64,000 nucleotides of DNA from an uncultured Pseudomonadales bacterium (GCA_964457085.1 CAYWDM010000002.1:203418-267417); one strand, 5' to 3'. Counted from the stretch's first letter, positions 49,937-59,437 are shown. Notes: generated from the letters alone by a model not told the origin. Made by a program: numbers and translations.

Positions 49937-50299
49937 ATGACTGATACCAATACCAATTTACCTCCACCAGTTGAGAAAAAAAGTTTTCTTGCAGGGATAC
50001 AGGCTGCAGCATTATCAGACGATATTAAAGTTGTGATGCAAAATTGGGTTGTAGACCAACCTGGGGAAACACTGAGTCCAGATGATATTCGCATCTTTTT
50101 GATGGAACTGACGGAGATCGAGCAAACTGCGGCCAATACTCTCTCAGATGCCAGACGAGAATTATCTAGGGCGGCGGAGGATGAGGATAGAATTGATGAG
50201 CGTGAAACCATTGAAGAGCTCGAAATCATGCACAGCACGCTACGAGATGGCGAACAACAAGTTGCTTTGCTGGAGCAACTCACTCAAAGCCCAGACTAA
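49937..50299 (+). CDS. hypothetical acidic protein
   Basis: 120 aa, downstream of the previous ORF on the same strand. Confidence 0.4.
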   Translation: MTDTNTNLPPPVEKKSFLAGIQAAALSDDIKVVMQNWVVDQPGETLSPDDIRIFLMELTEIEQTAANTLSDARRELSRAAEDEDRIDERETIEELEIMHSTLRDGEQQVALLEQLTQSPD

Positions 50300-50302
50300 C
50301 TT

Positions 50303-50944
50303 TTATCTCTCGATTACACCTCGAAAAATATAGCCGACTGTCTTGTTGTCTACCACGACAGGCACAATGACTTCTTTGCCCCCGGTATACATGATGAAAT
50401 CTTGCCACATCAAAATTGGTTGCTGCTTGAGCAAGTAATTTGCCAGATCATTGCGTACAGTGTCGTCAAAACTGAAGTGACTGAATGGTTGCCCATCATG
50501 CAATGAACGAAGCTGGTTATATTTACCAGATGCTTCGATGAGCTCGTAATCACCATTGGTAATTCTGACATAGGCAACTGCTGATGAATCTTTTAGTTGA
50601 TTTACATCGAGCTTGGCCAGCTGAGTAATGGCCGCAGGACAGCTGATATCGGAACTTTTCTGGACAACTGACTCGAGTGACTGCTGCTTCTCAAGGGTTT
50701 TTTTACAGTCATCAAAAGTGTTTGTGAATAGCTCTAGACTTGCTGCCTGTTTATTACCAACTAAATCAGTAGTTTCTTTGGTGTACCGATCAATGATTAC
50801 TTTGCGGCGTTGCTGATTGAAATACAGTGCTCCTGTGATGGCAAAGCCTACAATAATCACAATCAAGGCAAAGCTAGTGAGGGCAGCTTTTAATGATAAA
50901 TTATCACTGGGATCTGGGGTGACGAGGGTATATGGTTCTGACAT
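50303..50944 (-). CDS. single-pass membrane protein with extracytoplasmic domain, hypothetical
   Basis: N-terminal TM (LTSFALIVIIVGFAITGALYF). Confidence 0.5.
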   Translation of the reverse strand: MSEPYTLVTPDPSDNLSLKAALTSFALIVIIVGFAITGALYFNQQRRKVIIDRYTKETTDLVGNKQAASLELFTNTFDDCKKTLEKQQSLESVVQKSSDISCPAAITQLAKLDVNQLKDSSAVAYVRITNGDYELIEASGKYNQLRSLHDGQPFSHFSFDDTVRNDLANYLLKQQPILMWQDFIMYTGGKEVIVPVVVDNKTVGYIFRGVIER

Positions 50945-50946
50945 GT

Positions 50947-51252
50947 TTATTTCCGTTTCTGTTGTCGAGATTCGTCAAGAATACGGCCAGCATATTCTGC
51001 CAATCGTGAAACATTAAGCATAATATTTATTAATGCGGACGACATAATTAAAACCAAGATGGAAGCACCAAAAAAGTAGAGTATTTTCTCGAGAAATGGA
51101 GGAAAAATATCCCAAGCAAAAATACCATTGGCAATGAGTAAAATGCTGCCAAATGCTAGTGTGGTAGTTAGGGCTACCACTAGTGAGGCAGTGATGCGCT
51201 CGAGAAAAGTGCGGGACATAAAAGTTCTCCTTAAATTCATTATAGCTGACAA
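50947..51252 (-). CDS. small membrane protein
   Basis: 101 aa with two or three TM segments; a 2-nt gap separates it from the downstream gene. Confidence 0.45.
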   Translation of the reverse strand: MSAIMNLRRTFMSRTFLERITASLVVALTTTLAFGSILLIANGIFAWDIFPPFLEKILYFFGASILVLIMSSALINIMLNVSRLAEYAGRILDESRQQKRK

Positions 51253-51300
51253 TCTAAACTGAAGCTGAAAAAATGCTACTCTCGATTACAATACAGGTAC

Positions 51301-51651
51301 ATGCACTCACAACCAACAGCAATTAACTCATTTGCAGGGCTCAAGACTGATGACTCGCTGTTGCAATTGATGAAGTCATTTCCAATTGGTTGGGTAGTCT
51401 ATATCCTCGAGTGTGAGGATGGCAGTTTGTACACTGGAGTTTCCAATGATCTGGCAAAGAGACTGAAGACACACATCACAGGTCGAGGTGCCAAATACAC
51501 CAGAAGTCATATTCCAACTCGACTGGCATATGTTGAGCCACGTCACAGTCAGTCTGATGCATTGCAGCGTGAAGCAGAGATTAAGCAATTTCCCCGAGAG
51601 AAAAAACTCAAGTTAATCCGTGCACTCACTGCAGTAGCTTCAAAATTCTAA
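51301..51651 (+). CDS. GIY-YIG nuclease domain protein (UPF0213-like)
   Basis: GWVVYILECEDGSLYTGVSNDLAKRLKTH is a GIY-YIG motif. Confidence 0.8.
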   Translation: MHSQPTAINSFAGLKTDDSLLQLMKSFPIGWVVYILECEDGSLYTGVSNDLAKRLKTHITGRGAKYTRSHIPTRLAYVEPRHSQSDALQREAEIKQFPREKKLKLIRALTAVASKF

Positions 51652-52689
51652 TTTTTTTTTGAGAATTGAAAAAGGCTTCAGGGCTTTGTGGAATCTTTCC
51701 AAGCGTTCTGGGTTAAGCAGGTTAAATTTGAGGTTGTGGACTACTTTCCAGATGATGGTTCGAAGTCGATATAGATGTATCATTTCTTGATAGTTTTCTG
51801 GAAGTATGGCGACAGACTGATAACCTTTAAGTAGTTGCGACTCGCGTTCATACAACGTTTTCCAAGTTGGAGCTGAAGCTAAATCAAGCAATGGATCTGA
51901 GACGCAAACTGCTTCCCAGTCAAACAAGCCCGTAATCTTGAATGTTTGTGGGTCGTAGAAAAAATTATGATCGGCAAGATCATAGTGGACGATTGATCCG
52001 GGACAATTATTGATTAAATCTTTGGCATCTTGGAAAATTTGGAGTATTTTGGCACCTTGGCTGTCGTTGAGCAGCTTGGCTTCAATTACGGTTTGAATTT
52101 GACTTTCAAGTTCCAGAGAAATGTATTCAAAATTTGAGTTGCAGGTGGCGACGAGACGGTTTTCAGTCAGAGCAATCTGCTTATCGAATCGTCCGAAACC
52201 ATCAATGTGAACTGTTGATAATTTACCGATTATCTGTCCCAGTTCAAATGATAATTTGTCGTAGTCCTGCTGTGTGCCTTGAAAATTATGCTCTGGAGTT
52301 TTGCCAGAAATTTTTTCTTGAATCTGAAAATCAAATTGGTATTTTTGGCGTGAGCAATCCACATGGATAATGGTATTTGAGGGAACCCCAGCTTTTTTGA
52401 CTAAATCAGCAACTAGTTTTTCGATTAACAGTTCAATTTCAGGTGATTCATTTCCGAGGTTAGCTCTAAAACAATATTCGTGATTGTCTTGAGTTTTTAC
52501 AAAATAAGTGACATGTGGCAAACCTACAATTTCTGGTTTGGTGATTTCAGTGACTTCAAGTTTCAGGACGTGATTGAAAATTTCTTTAATAATCTTGGTA
52601 TCAAAGAGTTCATATTTTCGTTGTAACACCGCTACCTCAGCCAGGGTTTTGGCAGCACCACCACCAACATAGAAGAAATCTTTTGTCAT
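51640..52689 (-). CDS. aminoglycoside/choline kinase-like phosphotransferase (APH family)
   Basis: Brenner motif IVHYDLADHNFFYD and a DWE motif (LFDWEAV). Confidence 0.7.
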   Translation of the reverse strand: MTKDFFYVGGGAAKTLAEVAVLQRKYELFDTKIIKEIFNHVLKLEVTEITKPEIVGLPHVTYFVKTQDNHEYCFRANLGNESPEIELLIEKLVADLVKKAGVPSNTIIHVDCSRQKYQFDFQIQEKISGKTPEHNFQGTQQDYDKLSFELGQIIGKLSTVHIDGFGRFDKQIALTENRLVATCNSNFEYISLELESQIQTVIEAKLLNDSQGAKILQIFQDAKDLINNCPGSIVHYDLADHNFFYDPQTFKITGLFDWEAVCVSDPLLDLASAPTWKTLYERESQLLKGYQSVAILPENYQEMIHLYRLRTIIWKVVHNLKFNLLNPERLERFHKALKPFSILKKKLEF

Positions 52690-52789
52690 AGGGTTGACTG
52701 ATTATACCTATACATTTGACTAGTGTCATAAGGACTACTTTGGCTAATTTTCTTGAGCAAAATTGGAAATAAATTAGGTGTGATACAAT

Positions 52790-53059
52790 ATATTTTGAAA
52801 AGCGTTTGAGTCTATCGCAATAGATGAGCAGCGTAGCAGAAAGCCATTTGTGGCATAACTACGACGGAAGTCCACCGTAAAATCAGACAAGGAGTGTCGG
52901 CAACGGAGCTCTGAAATAAGGTTTGACCACTTGTTTTCAGTTGTTCCGCCGTAAGGCGGATTTTTAGTGGTAAAACAAAGAAGGGTGGTACCGCGACATG
53001 ACAGTCGCCCCTTTCAATCTTTAGGCATTTTCCTAGAGGTTGGGAGGGGCGATTTTTTT
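52790..53059 (+). promoter_or_regulatory. T-box riboswitch leader upstream of argH-argG
   Basis: Conserved T-box sequence AAGGGTGGTACCGCG at 52981-52995; a terminator hairpin cgcccct...aggggcg plus T-run at 53006-53059 overlaps it; a GATGAG K-turn-like start sits near 52828. Confidence 0.65.
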
Positions 53060-54424
53060 ATGAAAAAATTATGGCAAAAAGATTGGCAACTAAATGTTGT
53101 GATCGAAGCATTTGAAACGAGCGGTGATTTACTGCTGGATCAAATGTTGGTTGAGTCAGATGTATTTGGGTCGCTGGCACATGCAAAAGGATTGAAAAAA
53201 AGTGGCATTCTGAGTCAACAGGAATTATCAAAAATAATACTGGGATTACAGCAAATAATCCAATTAAATCAACAGGGCAAATTTCAGCTTGTTGCCGGTG
53301 ATGAGGATATTCATACTAAAATTGAAAATTATTTATTAGAATCATTTGGTGAAGTAGGCAAGAAAATTCATACCGGTAGATCTAGAAATGATCAGGTGCT
53401 TACAGCAATTAGACTTTTTACCAATGAGCAGTTGCTGCTGATTTGGGATGCGTTGTTGGTGCTAATACAAACGTTATTAGTTTTCTCAAAACAGCATGAA
53501 TTCGATGTTATTTCTGGATATACCCATACGCAGAAGGCAATGCCATCTACTGTAGGCATGTGGTCAACTGCTTTGGTTGAGGGATTATTTGACAGTCTAC
53601 TTTCATTGAAGTCAGCTTATGAATTAAACAATCAGTCACCATTGGGGTCAGCAGCAGGTTATGGAATTCCACTGAGAATTGATAGAGAGTATACGGCGAA
53701 ATTGTTGGGGTTCAAAAAAGTTCAAGCAAATTCGTTGTATTGCCAAAATTCTAGAGGAAAAATCGAGGCCATAATTCTTGCTTCGTTGATCTCAATTTTG
53801 CAGGACATCAATAAATTTGCTACAGATGTGGTTTTGTTTTCAACTTCCGAATTTGGATATTTTGCTGTAGCCAAAGAACTGTGTACTGGTAGCAGCATCA
53901 TGCCACAAAAGAAAAATGTTGACGTGGCTGAATTACTACGGAGCAAATTGCATTTAGTGGTGGGCAACTATATGCAAATGGTAGGACTATCTGCAAATTT
54001 ATTGTCTGGTTACAACCGAGATTTTCAAGATAGTAAAAAACCATTATTTGAAAGTTTGGCAATTACACTGGGCTCGCTTAAGGTGGCGACAATTTTGGTG
54101 AATGGGATCAATGTTAACCTGCAAGCATTGCAAAAGTCGCTCACTCCGGAAATTTTTGCCACCCATCAGGCTCTAGATTTGGTTGCACATGGCATGCCAT
54201 TTCGAAGTGCTTATCAACAGGCTGGTAAGGATATTATGACGATTAAGTTCGACCCTATTAGTGCTGTTAAAAAGTCTACACATATTGGTAGCACAGGCAA
54301 CTTAGGACTTAAACAACTGTCAAAGTTGCGTCAAAAAGAGTCGGCTTTTTTTAAAATCGAAACAACTGCTTACTGTACAAATAAAAATAATCTTTTAGAA
54401 AAGGATACTAATAATGAAAAATAA
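53060..54424 (+). CDS. argH: argininosuccinate lyase
   Basis: Signature GSSIMPQKKNVD. The start is revised to ATG 53060, just after the leader terminator and preceded by GGAGGGG. Confidence 0.9.
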   Translation: MKKLWQKDWQLNVVIEAFETSGDLLLDQMLVESDVFGSLAHAKGLKKSGILSQQELSKIILGLQQIIQLNQQGKFQLVAGDEDIHTKIENYLLESFGEVGKKIHTGRSRNDQVLTAIRLFTNEQLLLIWDALLVLIQTLLVFSKQHEFDVISGYTHTQKAMPSTVGMWSTALVEGLFDSLLSLKSAYELNNQSPLGSAAGYGIPLRIDREYTAKLLGFKKVQANSLYCQNSRGKIEAIILASLISILQDINKFATDVVLFSTSEFGYFAVAKELCTGSSIMPQKKNVDVAELLRSKLHLVVGNYMQMVGLSANLLSGYNRDFQDSKKPLFESLAITLGSLKVATILVNGINVNLQALQKSLTPEIFATHQALDLVAHGMPFRSAYQQAGKDIMTIKFDPISAVKKSTHIGSTGNLGLKQLSKLRQKESAFFKIETTAYCTNKNNLLEKDTNNEK

Positions 54425-55664
54425 AACAAATTATATTAAGGCTGCTTCGTACGAAGCAAAAATTGGCGAAGTAAAAAATATTTTACTGCTCTATTCTGGC
54501 GGACTAGACACAAGTGTGATGCTGAAGTGGATACAAGATCAGTATCATGCCGATGTGATAGCTCTGACTCTAGATATCGGTCAGCAGCATGATGATCTGG
54601 AGAAAGTTCGGCTCAAAGCACTTAAGCTGGGAGCAGTCAAAGTAATTATGCTAGATGCTAAAGACGAATTTGCTAATGAGTTTTTGTCTCATGGTATTAA
54701 GGCGAACGCTAGCTATCAAGGTGACTACCATTTATCAACTCCAATTGGTCGGGCTATTTTGGCAAAAAAAGCTGTGGAAATAGCGAAGCAAGAAAACGCA
54801 GACTGCATTGCACATGGGTGCACCGGTAAGGGCAACGATCAAGTTAGAATTGAAGGATACGCTCTTACTCTGAATCCTGCAATTAAAATAATTGCACCAG
54901 TGCGAGAATGGGCGATGGACAGAAATGAGGAAATTGCATACGCTAAAAAGCACGGCATTGAAGTCCCAACCTCAATTGATTTTCCGTATAGTGTTGATGA
55001 CAATATGTGGGGGATGACTTGGGAAGGTGGTGAGATCGAGGAGCCAGAAATTATTTCTCCAATTGAGAAATTTTTGACCACGTATACGTTAGCAAAGAAC
55101 GCTTCAAATGATGGTGAGCTAATCAACTTAGAATTTTATCAAGGTTTACCCATCTCATTAAATGGCCAACAGTTGTCACTTGCTGATTTAATTATCAAAC
55201 TAAATACTTTGGCAGGTAAACACGGAGTTGGGGTAACTCACATGTTTGAGGATAGATTAGTGGGAGTTAAAAATGGTGGTGTGTATGAACTCCCTGCGGC
55301 TCATGTGATTATAGAGGCACATAAGGCTTTGGAAAAATATGTTAGCACCAGACAACTTAATGAGCTAAAAGCTACTATGGACATCAAGTGGGGCTACTTG
55401 TGTTACGGTGCATTGTGGTACGACCCAATCATGAGTGCACTGAATGCTTTTAATGACTTTGTAAATCAAAAAGTTACTGGTAAAGTCACCATCAAGCTTT
55501 TTAAGGGGAGTGTCACTGTGGTGGCAATGGAGTCTGCGTATGGTTTAGATCATGCCTCATTTAATAACTTGGGTGGATATAACTTCAATGTGAACGCAAG
55601 TGCAGGTTTTGCAGAAATATATTCACTGCAGATGAAGTTAGCTAATCAAGTGCTTGTGCCGTGA
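54414..55664 (+). CDS. argG: argininosuccinate synthase
   Basis: LLYSGGLDTSV signature; 11-nt overlap with argH. Confidence 0.9.
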   Translation: MKNKTNYIKAASYEAKIGEVKNILLLYSGGLDTSVMLKWIQDQYHADVIALTLDIGQQHDDLEKVRLKALKLGAVKVIMLDAKDEFANEFLSHGIKANASYQGDYHLSTPIGRAILAKKAVEIAKQENADCIAHGCTGKGNDQVRIEGYALTLNPAIKIIAPVREWAMDRNEEIAYAKKHGIEVPTSIDFPYSVDDNMWGMTWEGGEIEEPEIISPIEKFLTTYTLAKNASNDGELINLEFYQGLPISLNGQQLSLADLIIKLNTLAGKHGVGVTHMFEDRLVGVKNGGVYELPAAHVIIEAHKALEKYVSTRQLNELKATMDIKWGYLCYGALWYDPIMSALNAFNDFVNQKVTGKVTIKLFKGSVTVVAMESAYGLDHASFNNLGGYNFNVNASAGFAEIYSLQMKLANQVLVP

Positions 55665-55714
55665 TCTTTTGACAGTGAACAAAACTAGAGTGCGGGCTTA
55701 AGTGACGCTAAAAC

Positions 55715-55834
55715 TTAGTCGTCAAATGGTTCATACTCTTTTTGTCTGGCATCGGTGTAGGTCTCGGTTTTGGCTGTGACCTTCAAAACACCGATTTTCT
55801 TCAAAAACGCCATCAGTTTTTGGAATATGTTCAT
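55715..55834 (-). CDS. possible 39-aa small protein
   Basis: Manual translation gives MNIFQKLMAFLKKIGVLKVTAKTETYTDARQKEYEPFDD; no other support. Confidence 0.2.
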   Translation of the reverse strand: MNIFQKLMAFLKKIGVLKVTAKTETYTDARQKEYEPFDD

Positions 55835-55927
55835 GTGGCAATCATAGCACTGTTACTTACTCAAGTGATTTGATACAATTCTGATGTTTTGATTGGCCAC
55901 TCTGATGGCATAATCAAAGTCACAATT

Positions 55928-56015
55928 GGAGAGGTCGCATAGTGGCCTAGTGCAGCAGTTTACTAAACTGCCGTATCGCAAGATACCCAGGGTTCGAATC
56001 CCTGCCTCTCCGCCA
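55928..56015 (+). tRNA. class-II tRNA, Ser-like paralog with atypical anticodon loop UUACUAA (anticodon ACU); CCA encoded
   Basis: Acceptor GGAGAGG/CCTCTCC, the same D arm as the tRNA at 25251, anticodon stem GCAGT/ACTGC, a 16-nt variable arm, and T arm CAGGG-TTCGAAT-CCCTG followed by GCCA. Confidence 0.65.
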
Positions 56016-56027
56016 GATAAAAACTAA

Positions 56028-56052
56028 GCCCGCAATAGCGGGTTTTATTTTT
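56028..56052 (+). terminator. terminator after tRNA
   Basis: gcccgc-aata-gcgggt is followed by tttattttt. Confidence 0.7.
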
Positions 56053-56056
56053 ATCT

Positions 56057-56170
56057 GATGGAACTTGGAAGTGACTTCCTTAAATCCTGCCGGCAAGCGA
56101 ATTGGTGTTATTGGTGGGGAACTAAACTAACAAACGCCTGCCTAATGCCGGAACGGCCAGCCTCTCCGCA
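56057..56170 (+). repeat. element B: conserved structured repeat (GATGGAAC-GGAAGtgaCTTCC-CCTGCCGGCAAGCGAA...CTGCCTAATGCCGGAACGGCC...GCCTCTCCGCA)
   Basis: Shares a conserved core with elements A and C; compensatory changes relative to C support RNA helices. Confidence 0.55.
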
Positions 56171-56252
56171 ACCATTGGTTTCCATCAAAATAGCAGCTTT
56201 ATTTGATGCCAGTGCTATACTTTCACTTAAGTACTATTTTATTTCTTTTTTT

Positions 56253-56462
56253 ATGTCAGAAATATCTCGATTTCAAGGACTAAAGCTTAAAGACTTAAGC
56301 GATGCTGATGCTGAGAAAGTATTGGTTGAAGCAGGTTTCCCAGCCGGAAGTGCAAGAATAGCTAAGTCAGGATGGTCGGGCAATACTGAAGTGAATCCAA
56401 TAGCATTAGCGACGCTTTTGGCTGGAGCTATAGCAGAAGCTGAAGCACAGTCACACAAGTAG
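56253..56462 (+). CDS. small hypothetical protein (69 aa)
   Basis: The track ORF from 56058 overlaps element B, so it is trimmed to the first downstream ATG (MSEISRFQGLKLKDL...). Confidence 0.35.
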   Translation: MSEISRFQGLKLKDLSDADAEKVLVEAGFPAGSARIAKSGWSGNTEVNPIALATLLAGAIAEAEAQSHK

Positions 56463-56550
56463 ACAGCTGGTTAGTTATTTTTCGCTGTTAACGCTCGCGT
56501 TATTTCTGCGTGAATAAATCACCACTCTTAGCTAAAATATTTCCAACAGC

Positions 56551-56600
56551 TACCCAGGCACTCCGCCAAGTACAGAAAACCCGCGTATGCGGGACTTTTT
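56551..56600 (+). repeat. degenerate copy of tRNA 3' end plus terminator preceding element C
   Basis: tacccaggcactccgccaag matches the tRNA T-arm/acceptor (acccagg...ctccgcca); it is followed by cccgc-gtat-gcggg and acttttt. Confidence 0.5.
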
Positions 56601-56606
56601 GTACTT

Positions 56607-56706
56607 GATGGAACAAGGAAGAGACTTCCATAAATTCTGCTGGCAAGCGAACGGTGGGGAAGGTATATAAAACGTCTGCCTAATGCCAGAATGGCGTGCC
56701 TCTCAA
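56607..56706 (+). repeat. element C: second copy of structured repeat
   Basis: GATGGAAC-GGAAGagaCTTCC-TCTGCTGGCAAGCGAA...CTGCCTAATGCCAGAATGGCG-TGCCTCTC. Confidence 0.55.
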
Positions 56707-56780
56707 TACATTAACTAATGGTTGGGATGCTGTATATGCATACATAATTAAGCTATCATTGGTGGAATTAGGAAAGAACC

Positions 56781-57509
56781 ATGTCTGAAACAATTGAAGT
56801 GGCCGGCTTACAAACTCCAAGTGTTGAAGTAGAATTTAAAATAGGCACCACACCAGAGATGGCAGCTGAATTCTCAGTGAGGTTGATGGATGAAATTTTG
56901 CTCTATCTTGAGACGGAGGCACAACAGGGAGAGAAGCCGACAGTACTCGGCGGATTTTGGGTAGATACCCCAGGTGGAGAGATGGATCACATCAATTTAA
57001 GTTTTGCCAAAACCACTTATATTGGAAATCTAACCAACACAGCAAGACTTTGCGGTGTGAGATTGGTTGGTCCAGTTGAAGCAGAGCGCATCGGGAGAAT
57101 TACTGATGCAAAGCTTGCTATTAAAATTATCCCTATTCTAAAAGAAAAGTTGTCGCCAAAGCTGCTTGGTATGCTTGAAGCTACTTTGCCAAAAATTGGT
57201 GAATTACTCAAATCAACTCTTCGAAACAGAGAAATTTTAGAAAATGAGGTGTCAAATCGTCCTGGTGCACACAAAATTGATATAAAAAGAGTCTTGGCAT
57301 CTGTTTTTTCTCCTTTGCAGCCTATTTTTGAGCGTAAACCAAAGCCTCAAAAAATTGATGATGATGAGGAGTTACCAAAAGTTGCAGTTGAAGTTGTTTT
57401 TGAAAAAAGTCGCGGTACACTGAGTTCAGGTAAGAAACAAAGGTTATATTTGATAAAAACATTTCCTCTCAAGCAATTAGAAGAAAAAATGACTGAAGAA
57501 TGGAATTAG
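56781..57509 (+). CDS. hypothetical protein
   Basis: 242-aa soluble protein with no recognised motif. Confidence 0.5.
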   Translation: MSETIEVAGLQTPSVEVEFKIGTTPEMAAEFSVRLMDEILLYLETEAQQGEKPTVLGGFWVDTPGGEMDHINLSFAKTTYIGNLTNTARLCGVRLVGPVEAERIGRITDAKLAIKIIPILKEKLSPKLLGMLEATLPKIGELLKSTLRNREILENEVSNRPGAHKIDIKRVLASVFSPLQPIFERKPKPQKIDDDEELPKVAVEVVFEKSRGTLSSGKKQRLYLIKTFPLKQLEEKMTEEWN

Positions 57510-57690
57510 GTGGTAAATCTTTGGCTGAAATCGTTTCAACAGTCGACCACGCTTTTTACCACTTTTCATTGAAAAAATGAATAGGTTCTTAAGTACTGCT
57601 CCAGGCAATCTCTGTCCCCTCCATATTATCAGTGCATGATGGGGTCCAAGAATTCTTATGAATTTATCTAGATTTTTTCTAATTTATTTT

Positions 57691-58443
57691 TTATTCATTA
57701 AAAAGTTCGATGGGGTTAATTTTGAACTGGAGCATATTGGCAGTATTCCTACCACCATCACCACCTTTTCGCTGCATTGTTACTTTACCTATTTTAAGAC
57801 TTCCTAAATGAGTTACTACAACATCACCTTTACTATATGTGTTCAAAACAGAATTCATGTTTTTAAGAACCCATTTTGTACTATTTCCCACCTTAACTGC
57901 AACAAGCATCCAATTGGCAGAAAACTGTCCATTTCCCTTTAAAATATCGGCAATGACAAGAGTTTTTTTATCTGTAAAGAATGTTACGACTGCAGCTTGC
58001 TCTTCAAAAGAGAGTTCATTTAAAAATACTCGTCTCTCATCTCTTCCTTTAATACTTGGGGCAATTTCACCAGTGAATCTCATTAATACATTCTCTATCT
58101 GAATAGGCATATCCCACATTGAGACATAATTCTTAACCCATCTCTTATCTACTTGATTAAATCCGGTTGGATTACTCACCAGTTTTATGGAAATATTTTG
58201 TTCATCAGCAACTTCTTTAGAGGAAGTAGTTATCTGAACTTGAACATCAGTCTTATACCCATGAAGTTTGATGGCAATTATTTTTTTAATTTCAGCCAAC
58301 TCATATCCCATTATTTTCAACCACACTTGTGCGTCATGATCAGATTTCCAGTTATTGAATTTAGCAACGATATCATCCTCATTCGAAAAACCATTTTTCG
58401 CTGTAGTTGATCCTAGTTCAATCAGTGCATCTTTATTTCTCAT
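57691..58443 (-). CDS. putative type II restriction endonuclease (cognate to adjacent C5-methyltransferase)
   Basis: Immediately downstream of the dcm-like gene on the same strand, overlapping it by 11 nt. No homology could be verified by eye. Confidence 0.45.
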   Translation of the reverse strand: MRNKDALIELGSTTAKNGFSNEDDIVAKFNNWKSDHDAQVWLKIMGYELAEIKKIIAIKLHGYKTDVQVQITTSSKEVADEQNISIKLVSNPTGFNQVDKRWVKNYVSMWDMPIQIENVLMRFTGEIAPSIKGRDERRVFLNELSFEEQAAVVTFFTDKKTLVIADILKGNGQFSANWMLVAVKVGNSTKWVLKNMNSVLNTYSKGDVVVTHLGSLKIGKVTMQRKGGDGGRNTANMLQFKINPIELFNE

Positions 58444-59437
58444 TTGTATTCTTTTCTACTGTTATTATTATTTGATTAAGAATCGCTTTTAAAACATCAA
58501 CTACAACACTATTGCCAAATTGCTTATACGCTTGAGCATCGGTAACCGGTATTTTAAAATTTTCTCCAAATCCCATTATATTTGCACACTCTCTTGGAGT
58601 TAACTTTCGAATTAAGCCATCGATCAGATATGCTCCTGTCTTACTTGCGGCACCACCGCCATACGCAGAGAATGTAATTGCATGGCCAAGTGGACTATAT
58701 ATCCGCTCTCCTTGTCCACCCTTGCCAATGGTACCAATTCTAATGGGTTTTTGTGGATATTTACCATAAATATCTGGGAATATCTCAACATTCTTAAGTC
58801 TTATGTCATCTCTCTTAATAATACATTTAGCATTTTGGTCAACTTTTTCAAGAAAATCCAACACTTTATGATGCGAAACAATTGGATCTGGATAGGTGAA
58901 GTTCTTTATTCCCAGATCCTTTCTAAAGCAGATTATGTAGATTCTTTCTCTTGCTGTTGGAGCTCCATAATGACTAGCGTTAAGAACCTTATGGTTAACA
59001 TCGTAACCAATTTCTTCTAAGGTTTTCACAACTGTTTGAAGAGTTTTCCCATTATCGTGTTTACCAAAGTTCTTTACATTCTCCAAAAATAATATTTCAG
59101 GCTTATGCTGTTTGGCTATTCGTGCAATATGAAAAAATAATGTTCCACGAGTATCTTCAAAACCTCTTCTTTTGCCTGAAATGCTAAATGCCTGACAGGG
59201 AAATCCAGCACATATGATGTTGTGTTCTGGAATTGTTTTCTCGTCAACTTTTGTAATATCTCCGTCAGGATTGTCGCCATAATTAGCAACATACGTTTTC
59301 TGTGCAAATGTATCCCATTCAGATGAGTAAACGCACTGCAAACCACGCGATTCCAATGCTGCTCTAAAACCACCTATACCTGCAAACAAGTCGATGAACT
59401 TTGCACTTTTTATATCAAATTTATTTCGATTTTTCAC
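58433..59437 (-). CDS. DNA (cytosine-5)-methyltransferase
   Basis: Motif I FIDLFAGIGGF, motif IV GFPCQAFS, motif VI ENVKNF, and a C-terminal QFGNSV. Confidence 0.9.
   Translation of the reverse strand: MKNRNKFDIKSAKFIDLFAGIGGFRAALESRGLQCVYSSEWDTFAQKTYVANYGDNPDGDITKVDEKTIPEHNIICAGFPCQAFSISGKRRGFEDTRGTLFFHIARIAKQHKPEILFLENVKNFGKHDNGKTLQTVVKTLEEIGYDVNHKVLNASHYGAPTARERIYIICFRKDLGIKNFTYPDPIVSHHKVLDFLEKVDQNAKCIIKRDDIRLKNVEIFPDIYGKYPQKPIRIGTIGKGGQGERIYSPLGHAITFSAYGGGAASKTGAYLIDGLIRKLTPRECANIMGFGENFKIPVTDAQAYKQFGNSVVVDVLKAILNQIIITVEKNTNEK

Noticed and set aside
49930-50283. 117-aa minus-strand ORF
   Set aside because: Antisense to the 120-aa plus-strand ORF, and Ser-rich in the antisense pattern.
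56058-56252. N-terminal half of the 134-aa track ORF
   Set aside because: It overlaps the conserved element B, whose conservation with C is at the nucleotide and structure level. It is probably not coding.
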